This document shows, piece after piece, positions 1 through 9,985 of a stretch of 64,000 nucleotides of DNA. This DNA comes from a bacterium (GTDB lineage Bacteria > Bacteroidota > Ignavibacteria > Kapaibacteriales > Kapaibacteriaceae). Within the stretch, counting starts at the first letter, position 1, and each line of letters opens with the position of its first letter. The stretch lies in the NCBI GenBank assembly GCA_034440235.1, contig JAWXBR010000054.1:73131-137130 (forward strand), read 5' to 3'. The notes under the pieces were generated by a model. That model saw only the letters and a list, made by a program, of their open reading frames with translations. It was not told the origin of the DNA and searched no databases. A program made the translations under genes and the position numbers.

Positions 1-2199
1 TTCCCTGCCGATTTCATTCTGCTAACAACTGTGGTTGGCACACGACTTAATCCTGGCGAGTCTATCAGTCTTGAATTCGAATTCGCACCAACAGGTACTG
101 GAATTCGCAGCGCACAACTTCGCGTCGAAGGGTCGTGCGGCACAAGCTCAACTGTCGAACTCGAAGGCAAAGGTCTTCCACCATGCGTGTGGGCTGTAGT
201 CTCGGATACGTCGATTGGCAAGTTTGCTCTTGGCCAATCTGGGTCGCGCGCAATCGCATGTGTGCTGAGAAATGATGGACCTAATCTGCTACGTGGTACA
301 CTTTCGATTACGGGTGATGTTGGAGAGATTCAAATCACATCACCAGAAGCTCCTGCTCCGGGAATGACATTTGCGTTAGCGCCGAACGGCGGTTGTTTGA
401 CACTGGCAATTAATGTTGTACCTACATCTGGTGGCACTAAATCTGTTAAGCTTGGTTATGGATTACTAACCGAGTGTGGCGTGCCAGAAACAACCATTTC
501 GGCCCTTGTAGTCGAACCGCGAGTCGCGATTGATACAGTAGATCTCGGACCCAGACGCCTCTTAACACAGACCGACACGGCACTGTATGTACGCAATCTC
601 AATACCGACGATGCTGTTATCACCGCCATGCGAACTGTAGATGCTAACGATCCAAATTTCCCGATCGTTGCACTGCCAGTACTTACAACACCAATAACGT
701 TACGTCCATCAGAAGTTCTGCGCATCCCCGTCACCTACGTTCCGCAAGACCGCGCGGCACACGCAGTGCGTGTATTCGTGACAGTACAAGGACAGGCCGC
801 CGAGCTCGAAGGACTTGTTATGGGGTCGGGTTTCCTTGCAGCAATTGCAGCGACAGGATTTGACTTTGGTCCGTGGACCGTCAACTCGCCAACACCCTGT
901 CCTATCATAGGTACTGTTACGATAGACAACACCGATGCTACGAGTACGCTTGTCGTTCAAGACATCGACTTCTCTACGCTCGGACCGGACTTCGTCTTGA
1001 CTTCACCGATTCCGACCTATCCAATTACAATCCTCCCTAACGACCCACCTGTTTCGTTTAACATTCAGTTCACACCAAAGACTGTTGGGTTAATTACGAG
1101 GCAAGTGTGCATTACTCACGAAGCAAAACCAGGTCCGGGTCCACTCCCTCCGTATGCAAATACGTGCGTCGATGTTATCGGAATGGGCATCTCTGGCTCT
1201 GCATTAGTTCTTCCACCGTTTGGTAACGTTCTCACGTGTGCAACGAAGACTCAAATCGTACCAATTACGAATCCAAATCCTTCGCTTCCGTTGCAATGCC
1301 AACCGGCCGTCGCAACTGGTGATGTCGGAGTGTTTACGATTTCAGAACCAGGTGCGTTCACCATTCCTCCGGGGCAGACCTACAACATGACCGTTGTGTT
1401 CGCTCCCCTTGCTCCGGGCAACTTTGCCGCATCGTTTACAATTGCAAACGATCAGAGCCTCGATTTAACGATCATTACATCTGGCAGTGGTATTACAACA
1501 CCTGCGGACTTCCGCTTCAACACAATACCTGAGGGTGTCATTGGAAACGGAGTAGCAACGCCGATTAACGTAACGGTCGGTAATCTCGATACTGTACACA
1601 TCTCAGAAGTTGTTCTAACAATTTCGCATCCGAGAGACTTTCTTCGCTTCGCACTCTTTACGCAGCCCGAACAGACCGGCTGGAGCTTTGTTGCAGACGT
1701 TTCTGTTGCTGGACAAGTGACTATTACTGGAACTGCTAAAACACCTGTAACCACGTTGGTGAGCGGACCCTTCGTAACACCCGTATTCGATGCATTCCTA
1801 ACGGCCGACGCAGTGCTGCCAGTAACTCTCGATGCTGCAATTGCATTGCCCTGTGTTGTTGCCTCTGGTGATAACAGCGGCATTGCGATGAAGCTCGTGT
1901 GTTCGTCGCGTAGCCGTCTGGTGCGCCTTGGCTCATCGCAGTTTGCCATGAGTGTTCCTATGCCGAATCCAGCGACTGATAGAACTGTTGTTTCGTATTC
2001 AACTGGCATCGAAGGGTCTACAACATTCGAAGTTGTCGATCAGGTCGGCAACGTTGTGAAAACAATTGCAACCGAGTCTGCACCAAGTGCTGCATATGAA
2101 CTCGATCTACAGACCGATGATCTTGGAACCGGCATCTATTATCTTCGCATGCAAAGTGGGCCGTTCTCAGCAACGCGCACGCTACACGTCATCCGTTAA
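1..2199 (+). CDS. Large secreted cell-surface protein with T9SS type-A C-terminal sorting domain (5' partial, frame open from window start)
   Basis: Reading frame is open from nt 1 with no upstream stop. Last ~80 aa (MPNPATD...GIYYLRMQSG...) match the Por/T9SS C-terminal domain pattern. The body is rich in Thr/Pro/Val, as in beta-sandwich adhesin-like repeats. Confidence 0.6.
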   Translation, partial: FPADFILLTTVVGTRLNPGESISLEFEFAPTGTGIRSAQLRVEGSCGTSSTVELEGKGLPPCVWAVVSDTSIGKFALGQSGSRAIACVLRNDGPNLLRGTLSITGDVGEIQITSPEAPAPGMTFALAPNGGCLTLAINVVPTSGGTKSVKLGYGLLTECGVPETTISALVVEPRVAIDTVDLGPRRLLTQTDTALYVRNLNTDDAVITAMRTVDANDPNFPIVALPVLTTPITLRPSEVLRIPVTYVPQDRAAHAVRVFVTVQGQAAELEGLVMGSGFLAAIAATGFDFGPWTVNSPTPCPIIGTVTIDNTDATSTLVVQDIDFSTLGPDFVLTSPIPTYPITILPNDPPVSFNIQFTPKTVGLITRQVCITHEAKPGPGPLPPYANTCVDVIGMGISGSALVLPPFGNVLTCATKTQIVPITNPNPSLPLQCQPAVATGDVGVFTISEPGAFTIPPGQTYNMTVVFAPLAPGNFAASFTIANDQSLDLTIITSGSGITTPADFRFNTIPEGVIGNGVATPINVTVGNLDTVHISEVVLTISHPRDFLRFALFTQPEQTGWSFVADVSVAGQVTITGTAKTPVTTLVSGPFVTPVFDAFLTADAVLPVTLDAAIALPCVVASGDNSGIAMKLVCSSRSRLVRLGSSQFAMSVPMPNPATDRTVVSYSTGIEGSTTFEVVDQVGNVVKTIATESAPSAAYELDLQTDDLGTGIYYLRMQSGPFSATRTLHVIR

Positions 2200-2214
2200 A
2201 ACAAGCAGGGACAA

Positions 2215-3279
2215 ATGACCGACAGCATTGTTGAGGCACTAGGCGACAAAGCCGATTACTTTCTGAATCATCAATGCACGACCATTCCCCGAGAGCAGAT
2301 TCACCTGCCTTCGGGGAATGCTGTGCAGCGTCTGTACGGTCCAACAGACCGTAACAACCGCGTACTCTCGAACCTTCAGCGTATACTTTCGACTGGCAGG
2401 CTTGGCAACACGGGTTACGTTTCTATTCTCCCGGTCGATCAAGGCATAGAGCATAGTGCAGGGGCGAGCTTTGCCAAGAACCCGGCGTACTTCGATCCTG
2501 AGAACATTGTAACGCTTGCTCTTGAAGGGGGCTGCAACGCTGTCGCGTCCACCTTCGGTGTCCTCGGCTCCGTTGCACGGAACTATGCACATCGCATTCC
2601 CTTTATCGTCAAGCTCAATCACAATCAGTTGCTTACGTACCCAAATACGTTCGACCAGATCATGTTCGGAACAGTAGAGCAGGCGTTTGATATGGGCGCA
2701 GCGGCCGTCGGTGCTACCATCTACTTCGGCTCTGAAGAAAGTGGACGTCAGATTGTAGAAGTAAGCGAAGCATTTGCTCTGGCTCACGAGCTCGGAATGG
2801 CAACCATACTGTGGTGTTATCTGCGAAACTCGGCGTTCAAGAAAGACAAAGATTACCATGTTGCGGCAGATCTGACCGGACAAGCCAATCATCTTGGTGT
2901 AACGCTTGGCGCAGACATCATCAAGCAGAAGCTCCCAGAAAATAACGGCGGCTTTGAAGCGCTAAACATGGGAGGCTCTAGCTACGGCAAACTCGACAAA
3001 CGCATGTACACAGAATTGGCAACCGATCATCCGATCGATCTCACACGATACCAAGTTGCGAACTGCTATATGGGTCGCATCGGACTTATCAACTCAGGTG
3101 GCGCTTCTGGAGAAAACGATTTCAGCGAAGCAATAACCACTGCAGTGATAAACAAACGTGCCGGCGGCATGGGTCTAATCAGCGGACGCAAGGCCTTTCA
3201 GCGTCCGATGCCGGAAGGTATCAAGCTCCTAAATGCAATTCAGGACGTTTACCTTAGCGACGCTGTGACGGTGGCCTAA
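2215..3279 (+). CDS. fbaB: Class I fructose-bisphosphate aldolase (DhnA/FbaB type)
   Basis: Near full-length similarity, recalled from memory, to E. coli FbaB ([54 protein letters not shown]). ATG is at 2215. Confidence 0.85.
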   Translation: MTDSIVEALGDKADYFLNHQCTTIPREQIHLPSGNAVQRLYGPTDRNNRVLSNLQRILSTGRLGNTGYVSILPVDQGIEHSAGASFAKNPAYFDPENIVTLALEGGCNAVASTFGVLGSVARNYAHRIPFIVKLNHNQLLTYPNTFDQIMFGTVEQAFDMGAAAVGATIYFGSEESGRQIVEVSEAFALAHELGMATILWCYLRNSAFKKDKDYHVAADLTGQANHLGVTLGADIIKQKLPENNGGFEALNMGGSSYGKLDKRMYTELATDHPIDLTRYQVANCYMGRIGLINSGGASGENDFSEAITTAVINKRAGGMGLISGRKAFQRPMPEGIKLLNAIQDVYLSDAVTVA

Positions 3280-5048
3280 TGGCCGAGACCAAACCACGCG
3301 CAGGTGCCTTACGAGAACTCCGCCGCCTCGTACCCTATCTCAAGAACTATAAAACCCTCGTTTTCTGGGGTCTTGTCTTTATTACAGCATCGAACATCTG
3401 CTCGACAAGCATACCTCGCATCATCGGCCATGTAATTGATGCGCTTAAGCTGCCCACGATTTCGACAGATGCCGTTTCATGGCTGTTATTGCAAGTACTA
3501 GGTCTAACGATAGGTAGCGGCTTATTCATGTTTGCGACGCGACGTACAATTATTGTGATGTCGCGACGCATCGAAGAGGACTTGCGAAACGACTACGTTA
3601 ACGCACTGCAAAATCAGGCGCAGAAGTTTTATCACGACCGATCGACAGGGTCGTTGCTTGCATTATTTACAAATGACATTGGAGCGGTTCGGGAGTTTAT
3701 CGGACCCGCTGTGATGTACACGGCGAATACCATAACAACCTTTGCATTTGCGTTAACGTGGATGATAATGCTAAACGGTTGGCTCACACTTGCCATCGTT
3801 GTTCCGGTGCCGATCATTGCACTCGTCACGTATCGTCTCGGAAAGAAAATCCACGAGAACTATCGTTCTGTGCAGGAGCAGTACGAGCTAGTGACTACGC
3901 ATGCGCAAGAGACGTTTTCTGGTGTTCGTGTTGTGCGCGCCTATTCGCGTCAGCAACATGAAAGCGATTCGTTTAAAGACATCAACCGCAACTACTACGC
4001 ACGCAGTATGCGTCTGGCTCGGGTGAACTCTTTGCTCATGCCTTCGATGATGGTATTGTTCAATCTCACGTATCTAATTGTTCTCGGTGTAGGGGGCTAT
4101 TCGGTTATTACCAGTGCACTCACTATTGGTCAACTGACACAATTCTTTATCTACTTAAACCAGCTTCTATGGCCGATTGCGGCCATTGGTTGGGTTACGG
4201 GCATGATTCAGCGCGGTGCGGCTTCTATGGGTCGACTTGGTGCAATTATCGACCACGTACCTGTCGTTCGTAATGCAGACAACGTCACGCCCCTTTCTGA
4301 GCCCCTTAAGGGCATTGTCACATTCGATGATGTGTCGTTGGTGTATTCGGGACAACGGCCTGTGCTCGACCACATCGCGTTGCATGTTCCTGCAGCCTCA
4401 TCGCTTGGTATTGTAGGGCAGGTTGGCAGTGGCAAGACTTCGCTTGTGAACCTTATTCCGCGACTTTATGACGTAACCACAGGCACCGTGATGGTTGATG
4501 GCGTAGACGTCCGCGAACTCTCACTAGAGGTGCTACGTGGTGGCATTGCCGTCGTACCACAGGAGTCGTTTTTATTCAGTGAAACGATTCGTGAAAACAT
4601 TCGCTTTGGGCGTCCCGCCGCAACCGACGACGAAGTACTTGCTGCCTCGCGCATAGCACAACTCGACCCTGATGTGCAGTCGCTTCCAAATGGGTACGAC
4701 ACGATTGTCGGAGAACGAGGCATTACACTTTCGGGTGGACAAAAACAGCGTACAGCCATGGCTCGGGCTATTCTTGCACGTCCTGCCATTCTCATCCTTG
4801 ACGATTCGCTTTCAGCAGTCGACACCGATACCGAATCGCGCATTCTTGACGGCTTAAAAGACGTCATGATAGGTCGTACCACAATTCTTATTGCACATCG
4901 CATCTCAACGATCAAAGGCTGCGATTCCATTATCGTTCTCGATCGTGGTCGGATTGTAGAAGAAGGATCACACGACGAGCTCTTGGCTCTCCGCGGTCTC
5001 TATGCAGACATGTTCGAACGTCAACAACTCGAAGAACTCATTGCCTGA
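3279..5048 (+). CDS. ABC exporter with fused permease and ATPase (MsbA/multidrug type)
   Basis: N-terminal 6-TM domain; Walker A GQVGSGKTS, ABC signature LSGGQKQR, Walker B ILILDD, H-loop. Start overlaps the fbaB stop (TAATG). Confidence 0.85.
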   Translation: MAETKPRAGALRELRRLVPYLKNYKTLVFWGLVFITASNICSTSIPRIIGHVIDALKLPTISTDAVSWLLLQVLGLTIGSGLFMFATRRTIIVMSRRIEEDLRNDYVNALQNQAQKFYHDRSTGSLLALFTNDIGAVREFIGPAVMYTANTITTFAFALTWMIMLNGWLTLAIVVPVPIIALVTYRLGKKIHENYRSVQEQYELVTTHAQETFSGVRVVRAYSRQQHESDSFKDINRNYYARSMRLARVNSLLMPSMMVLFNLTYLIVLGVGGYSVITSALTIGQLTQFFIYLNQLLWPIAAIGWVTGMIQRGAASMGRLGAIIDHVPVVRNADNVTPLSEPLKGIVTFDDVSLVYSGQRPVLDHIALHVPAASSLGIVGQVGSGKTSLVNLIPRLYDVTTGTVMVDGVDVRELSLEVLRGGIAVVPQESFLFSETIRENIRFGRPAATDDEVLAASRIAQLDPDVQSLPNGYDTIVGERGITLSGGQKQRTAMARAILARPAILILDDSLSAVDTDTESRILDGLKDVMIGRTTILIAHRISTIKGCDSIIVLDRGRIVEEGSHDELLALRGLYADMFERQQLEELIA

Positions 5049-5110
5049 TTTTATAGTGAGCTCGTTATTGCTCTTTGTTTAGAGAAAAACTTATTGCCTG
5101 ATTGCTACGC

Positions 5111-6472
5111 ATGAATGTACACGAGAACATCCTAAGTCTGATTGGCAACACACCACTTGTGCGCCTTAACTCGATAACGCGTGGTGTTAGTGCACCCATT
5201 TACGTCAAGCTCGAAAGTCGCAATCCTGGCGGTAGCGTTAAAGACCGAATAGGCATTGCCATGCTCGAGGCAGCAGAACGCGACGGCCGCATCAAGCCAG
5301 GCGCGTTAATCATAGAGCCCACAAGTGGCAACACTGGAATTGGTCTTGCTCTCGCATCGCGGCTAAAAGGCTATAGCTGTCTGTTCGTGATGACCGATAA
5401 GGCGTCTCAGGAGCGTGTGCGTTATCTGAAGGCGTTAGGAGCTGACGTATTGATTGTTTCGAGTGCTGCAAAGATGACGTCACCAGAGTACTACTGGAAT
5501 ACTGCCAAACGATTAAGCGAAGAGCTGCCAAACGCCATCATGCTTAACCAGTATGACAATCCCGCTAACCCCGACATTCACGAGGCTACGACGGGTCCGG
5601 AAATCTGGCGCGACACCGATGGCACCATCACCCATTACATTGGCAGCATCGGCACAGGTGGCACGATCAGTGGGGTCGGACGCTTTCTGAAGAAGAAAGA
5701 CAAAAACATTAAGGTCATCGCTGCCGATCCGATGGGCTCGTCTATTAAGACATTCAAAGACACCGGACGCCTTGTTGAAGCACTCCCCTACCTGATCGAG
5801 GGTGTAGGCCAGGAACGCATTCCGGGCAATCTCGACCTAACTGTAATAGATGAGATTATAAACATTTCAGATAAAGATGCCTTTATCACAGCTCGTGCAT
5901 TGGCGCGCGAAGAAGGCATTTTCTGTGGTGGGTCTTCAGGAATGATTATTGCGTGCGCATTGCGTGTTGCCAAGCTACTTCCTGCAGACGCATGTGTTGT
6001 GGCAACGGTATGTGATACTGGCGAGCGATACCTTACCAAGCATCACAACGACGAGTGGTTGAAAGAAAATGACCTTCTTGACAAAGATCGTTTTATGATG
6101 CGTGACGTACTTGCAGCAAAGCGCACTCGTGGTACGTTGCCCGCTCTCGTGCATGTAACACCCGATGGTACGTTACAAGATGCGTTGTCGTTAATGCAAT
6201 CACACGAAGTAAGCGACATGCCTGTAATCGACGGCGATGAATTAGTCGGCACTGCACGCGAAAACAAGCTCATGTCGGCAGTGATCGAGAATCGCCAGGC
6301 ATTAACGCGCACCGTTCGCGAATTCATGGAAGCACCAGCCCCAATTATAGATGCGCACGCAGATATATCGAAAGGCATAGGCCTACTGCGCAACGTCCCA
6401 ATGATCGTGGTCTCGGAGTTCGGACGTCTCAGCGGCGTCATCACACGACACGACGTATTAGAGTACCTCTAG
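5111..6472 (+). CDS. Cystathionine beta-synthase / cysteine synthase family PLP enzyme with C-terminal CBS-domain pair
   Basis: PLP lysine motif SVKDRIG, glycine-rich GTGGT loop, and a C-terminal tandem CBS region. ATG at 5111; the track start at 5102 is TTG. Confidence 0.75.
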   Translation: MNVHENILSLIGNTPLVRLNSITRGVSAPIYVKLESRNPGGSVKDRIGIAMLEAAERDGRIKPGALIIEPTSGNTGIGLALASRLKGYSCLFVMTDKASQERVRYLKALGADVLIVSSAAKMTSPEYYWNTAKRLSEELPNAIMLNQYDNPANPDIHEATTGPEIWRDTDGTITHYIGSIGTGGTISGVGRFLKKKDKNIKVIAADPMGSSIKTFKDTGRLVEALPYLIEGVGQERIPGNLDLTVIDEIINISDKDAFITARALAREEGIFCGGSSGMIIACALRVAKLLPADACVVATVCDTGERYLTKHHNDEWLKENDLLDKDRFMMRDVLAAKRTRGTLPALVHVTPDGTLQDALSLMQSHEVSDMPVIDGDELVGTARENKLMSAVIENRQALTRTVREFMEAPAPIIDAHADISKGIGLLRNVPMIVVSEFGRLSGVITRHDVLEYL

Positions 6473-6550
6473 GCATCATCACACGACACGACGTACTAGA
6501 GTACCTCTAGGCGTCATCAAAAGACACGACGTTCTAGGGCATCTCTAAGC
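6436..6550. repeat. Three degenerate tandem copies (~38 bp) of the 3' end of the CBS-enzyme gene, including its stop codon
   Basis: CGTCATCACACGACACGACGTATTAGAGTACCTCTAG, CATCATCACACGACACGACGTACTAGAGTACCTCTAGG and CGTCATCAAAAGACACGACGTTCTAGGGCATCTCTAAGC, read directly. Confidence 0.8.
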
Positions 6551-6579
6551 GCGTAGAGCCAACGCTTCTTTTACCGGAA

Positions 6580-7398
6580 CTAGCTCTTCTTCCAGTCGGT
6601 GAAATCTACTGCGTCTTCACCGCCGTCAACGCCAAGCACCTCACCGTTTATCCAGTGTGCTTCGTCGCGCACGAGAAGGCGAATTACATCCGCAACATCT
6701 TCTGGTGTTGTTAACCTGTGATACGGATTTCGCATATGGGCGTTGTCCATGATATCTGCGTTGCCCGGAATTTTAGCGAGCGCCGGAGTATAGGTAACGC
6801 CTGCACGAATAGTATTCGCAGTAATACTGTAAGGGGCCAGCTCGAGAGCGAGCTGACGGCAGTATGACTCCATTGCAGCCTTGGCTGCAGAAACGGCGCC
6901 GTACGACGGAAGAACGCGTGTAGAGCCAGCGCTCGTTAGGCCCAGGATGCGTCCACCCGGCGCCATCAGTCCATGCCGAACCAGGTCCTGCGTGTAGTAC
7001 ACCAAACTGTTTGCCATAACATCCATTGTCATCTCAAGACTCTTTAGCGAGATCGTATCAACGCCCGGGGGCGCCACAAATGGCTTGAGTGTACCAAAAG
7101 CTAACGAGTGCAGCATCAGTCGAATCGTAGCGCCCTCGTGCTTGCTAAACTCTTCCTTGATCGCAGCCATGATCTCGGCGCGACGCTCAGCGTCTACTGC
7201 ATTCACATTAAAGAAATGGTGGCGAACTCCGAGGGTCGAAAGTTCGGCCTTTATTTCATCGACGAGCTTTAGACCAGCAGCGCGGTCTAGGTGAACACCA
7301 AAAATGTGATAGCCTTCGCGGGCGAGGGCAAGTACGGTCGCGCGGCCAAAGCCACTCGATGCACCGAGGATAAGAGCGTAACGATTCTGTGATGTCAT
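6580..7398 (-). CDS. SDR-family oxidoreductase (possibly FabL-like enoyl-ACP reductase)
   Basis: Rossmann motif LILGASSGFGRA and the S...YxxxK catalytic pattern (SYGAVSAAK). Start set at the ATG of MTSQNRYA, since the track start is GTG. Confidence 0.6.
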   Translation of the reverse strand: MTSQNRYALILGASSGFGRATVLALAREGYHIFGVHLDRAAGLKLVDEIKAELSTLGVRHHFFNVNAVDAERRAEIMAAIKEEFSKHEGATIRLMLHSLAFGTLKPFVAPPGVDTISLKSLEMTMDVMANSLVYYTQDLVRHGLMAPGGRILGLTSAGSTRVLPSYGAVSAAKAAMESYCRQLALELAPYSITANTIRAGVTYTPALAKIPGNADIMDNAHMRNPYHRLTTPEDVADVIRLLVRDEAHWINGEVLGVDGGEDAVDFTDWKKS

Positions 7399-7435
7399 GG
7401 GCGCAAAGTTAGGAAACACACTGCGCTGGCAAGCA

Positions 7436-8125
7436 TTACTCTCGGATAAAGATCTCGTAGGACCGCTGCGGACCGCCTATCTGCTCGGATAAGGCGTTAA
7501 AACTCCGCTCTCTTATGAGCATGCCGTCTATCATAAATTTCACCTCTACAGTCCGATACGAGCCGCCGCTCTCCTGTGCCCTACAGCCCGTTCCATGTGT
7601 CGAGCCTCCGAAAACATTGCCGTCGAACTGAATGTTCACCTCGCAGCCCCTTCTGCGCCTTAACCCTACAACATCAATCATAAAGTTTTTGCCTCCGATT
7701 CCTATGCCCCTAAGGTCGGTCAGGTCGTATTTATCATTGTCGGGCAGATCGAACTCCACAAGTTCAATCATGCCTTCTTCAACACGCTTAATTCGCCAGA
7801 TACACCTGAATTTCCACATAGATGTATCGGTCGCAAGGCGTTCTTCGACAAAAAACCTACTGCTGTCGTTGCTTATATCAATGAACTGTGTGATGTGCAA
7901 ACGGTTCACAGAGATCGAGGTGTCCTTCTCCGCCTGAAGTTTGTTTGAGAACGAACCCTGCACCCACTTATAGAGTTTTAATACGGTCTCGTCAGTTGCA
8001 TGCAAAACACAAACAGAAAACATGAGTGCGATAACGATCGCAATCGAACGTAAGAACGCAGACTTGATGATAGCGATGATAGTGATGATACCCTTCATTG
8101 AAATCGTGTGTCGTTGAACATTCAT
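7436..8125 (-). CDS. CpcT/CpeT-like (DUF1001) family protein with N-terminal signal/TM segment
   Basis: The motif LYKWVQGSFSNKLQA fits the W..G.F.N..QA hallmark of the CpcT/CpeT lyase family as I recall it. Hydrophobic N-terminus. ATGA overlap with the mutL stop. Confidence 0.45.
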   Translation of the reverse strand: MNVQRHTISMKGIITIIAIIKSAFLRSIAIVIALMFSVCVLHATDETVLKLYKWVQGSFSNKLQAEKDTSISVNRLHITQFIDISNDSSRFFVEERLATDTSMWKFRCIWRIKRVEEGMIELVEFDLPDNDKYDLTDLRGIGIGGKNFMIDVVGLRRRRGCEVNIQFDGNVFGGSTHGTGCRAQESGGSYRTVEVKFMIDGMLIRERSFNALSEQIGGPQRSYEIFIRE

Positions 8126-9945
8126 TGAAATCGTTTCGATAGTTCGTCATACGAGATGATGATGTAGACGGGTTGACCTCGTGGAGTTGTGTGCGGCACC
8201 GCCGTAGCAAACAACTCTCGTACGATCGATGCGGCCTCATCTGGCTGCACGGTGTCGGCTGCTCGCATTGCCTGACGTGCTGCATAGATGGCCACCACGC
8301 CATCGCGACGACGCTCGGCAGGAAGACGTCCGCTCTCCTCTAGCGATTGCAGCATCTCATCGAGCACGTGCTCTTCACTGCCTGCACGTACATCTCCGGG
8401 TACGGCGTGTACGTCGACTGTGCCGTTGGTTTGCACTTCGAGACGAAAGCCCAACGATTCGAACTCGCGTAAATGTTCCCGCAACAAGGCTGCTCGCGAG
8501 GGCATAAGAGAAAGCGTAACCGAAAAAAGTAATGCTTGTGCTGTTACAGCTTCGTCGGGAGATCTGCGCATCAGGCGTTCGTACAAAATGCGCTCATACG
8601 CTGCACGCTGATCGATAACAACGATGCCTTCTGCCGACGAAGTAACGAGGTAGTGTCCACCGAGCTGCAGCACCGACGACGCAACGACCTCGCCGTGACT
8701 CTTGCTGAACAACTGAGACAGGTTCTGTCGTTCTACCGACGTCATCCCCTGTTGCGTATGCACGAACCCAGATTGTCCGAACGGCTGCCCATACGCTGGT
8801 TTGTAGACTCCCGCACCACCCACGCCAAGCTCACCTGGCATAATCTCGCCAGTAAACCGGTTTACAACCAGAGCTGTACCGCGATCGGGTGTCTGAAGTG
8901 ATTGAAGGGGCTGAGCAGCAAGGGGCGCGTTGCCAATAAACGAGGGAATGACGTTCGCCTTTTGCAATGCTGCTGCCACACTCATCTGCACGAGAAGGTA
9001 CACGGCATGTTCGTTCTCGAACTTCACTTCGTGTTTTTGAGGATGGACGTTTACATCGACTGCATTCGGATCGATTGTGATGTGCAATACAAACACTGGA
9101 TGCTGTCCCTGGTCGAGTAGGTGCTCGTGTGCAGTGTTGACTGCATGTGCCAAGGGTCTACTAACGATGGCACGTCCGTTCAGGAAGAGAAACTGACCGC
9201 TTCGGCTTTGCCGTGCGGTTGAAGGAATGCCAAGAAACCCTCTTATTTGAATTCCAGCCTCTTCGCTCTCTACCAAAAGCAACATACGCGATGGATCTAG
9301 TGCAAGCACATTCGCAGCACGCCGCTGCAATGTTGTTGGCTGCAGGTCGAAGACGATAACACTGCCGTCGTAGAATGTAAAACGGACGTCCGGACGCGAC
9401 AATGCCATGCGCTGCATGGTCTCGCTGATGTGACGAAACTCTGTCAGGTCTGACTTAAGAAATTTCTTGCGCGCCGGAATGTTGTAAAAAAGGTTACGAA
9501 CGTATACTTGTGTTCCACTGTCGCATGTGCATGGTTGGATATCGGGAACGCTTCCCGGAGTCGATCTGAGCATCCAGCCCGTGTCGTCTGTTGCACGACG
9601 CGTGCGAATTTCAATATCCGCAACGGCTGCGATCGAAGCCAGTGCTTCTCCCCTGAAACCAAGTGTTCGAATGGAATGCAGGTCGGCTTGCGACGAAATT
9701 TTACTCGTTGCATGACGAACCGTTGCAAGCGTTAGATCTTCTTTGCTTAATCCGCTGCCATTGTCGAGTATATGAATGAGGCTCTTACCTGCGTCGCGTA
9801 CGATAGCGGTGACATGTGTTGCACCCGCATCCACAGCATTCTCAACGAGCTCCTTTACAACAGATTCGGGTCGCTGCACTACCTCGCCTGCAGCAATCTG
9901 ATTGGCTAGGTAGTCTGGCAGGAGATGAATGGTCGTGGGCTGCAT
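8122..9945 (-). CDS. mutL: DNA mismatch repair protein MutL
   Basis: N-terminal GHKL motifs (NQIAAGEVVQRP, ELVENAVDAGAT, DNGSGL), full length with a C-terminal dimerisation region. Confidence 0.9.
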   Translation of the reverse strand: MQPTTIHLLPDYLANQIAAGEVVQRPESVVKELVENAVDAGATHVTAIVRDAGKSLIHILDNGSGLSKEDLTLATVRHATSKISSQADLHSIRTLGFRGEALASIAAVADIEIRTRRATDDTGWMLRSTPGSVPDIQPCTCDSGTQVYVRNLFYNIPARKKFLKSDLTEFRHISETMQRMALSRPDVRFTFYDGSVIVFDLQPTTLQRRAANVLALDPSRMLLLVESEEAGIQIRGFLGIPSTARQSRSGQFLFLNGRAIVSRPLAHAVNTAHEHLLDQGQHPVFVLHITIDPNAVDVNVHPQKHEVKFENEHAVYLLVQMSVAAALQKANVIPSFIGNAPLAAQPLQSLQTPDRGTALVVNRFTGEIMPGELGVGGAGVYKPAYGQPFGQSGFVHTQQGMTSVERQNLSQLFSKSHGEVVASSVLQLGGHYLVTSSAEGIVVIDQRAAYERILYERLMRRSPDEAVTAQALLFSVTLSLMPSRAALLREHLREFESLGFRLEVQTNGTVDVHAVPGDVRAGSEEHVLDEMLQSLEESGRLPAERRRDGVVAIYAARQAMRAADTVQPDEAASIVRELFATAVPHTTPRGQPVYIIISYDELSKRFQ

Positions 9946-9985
9946 TAACGCAAAGTTATCACCGCATTCGTAGGTTGCTGTACAG

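Noticed and set aside
1452-2009. Numerous antisense or overlapping ORFs inside real genes (for example 1452..2009-, 4466..4930-, 14099..14515+, 16696..17214-, 35893..36150+, 43438..43779+, 45961..46740+)
   Set aside because: They are shadow ORFs typical of moderately high-GC DNA. They lie fully inside well-supported genes on the opposite strand or in another frame, with no independent motif support.
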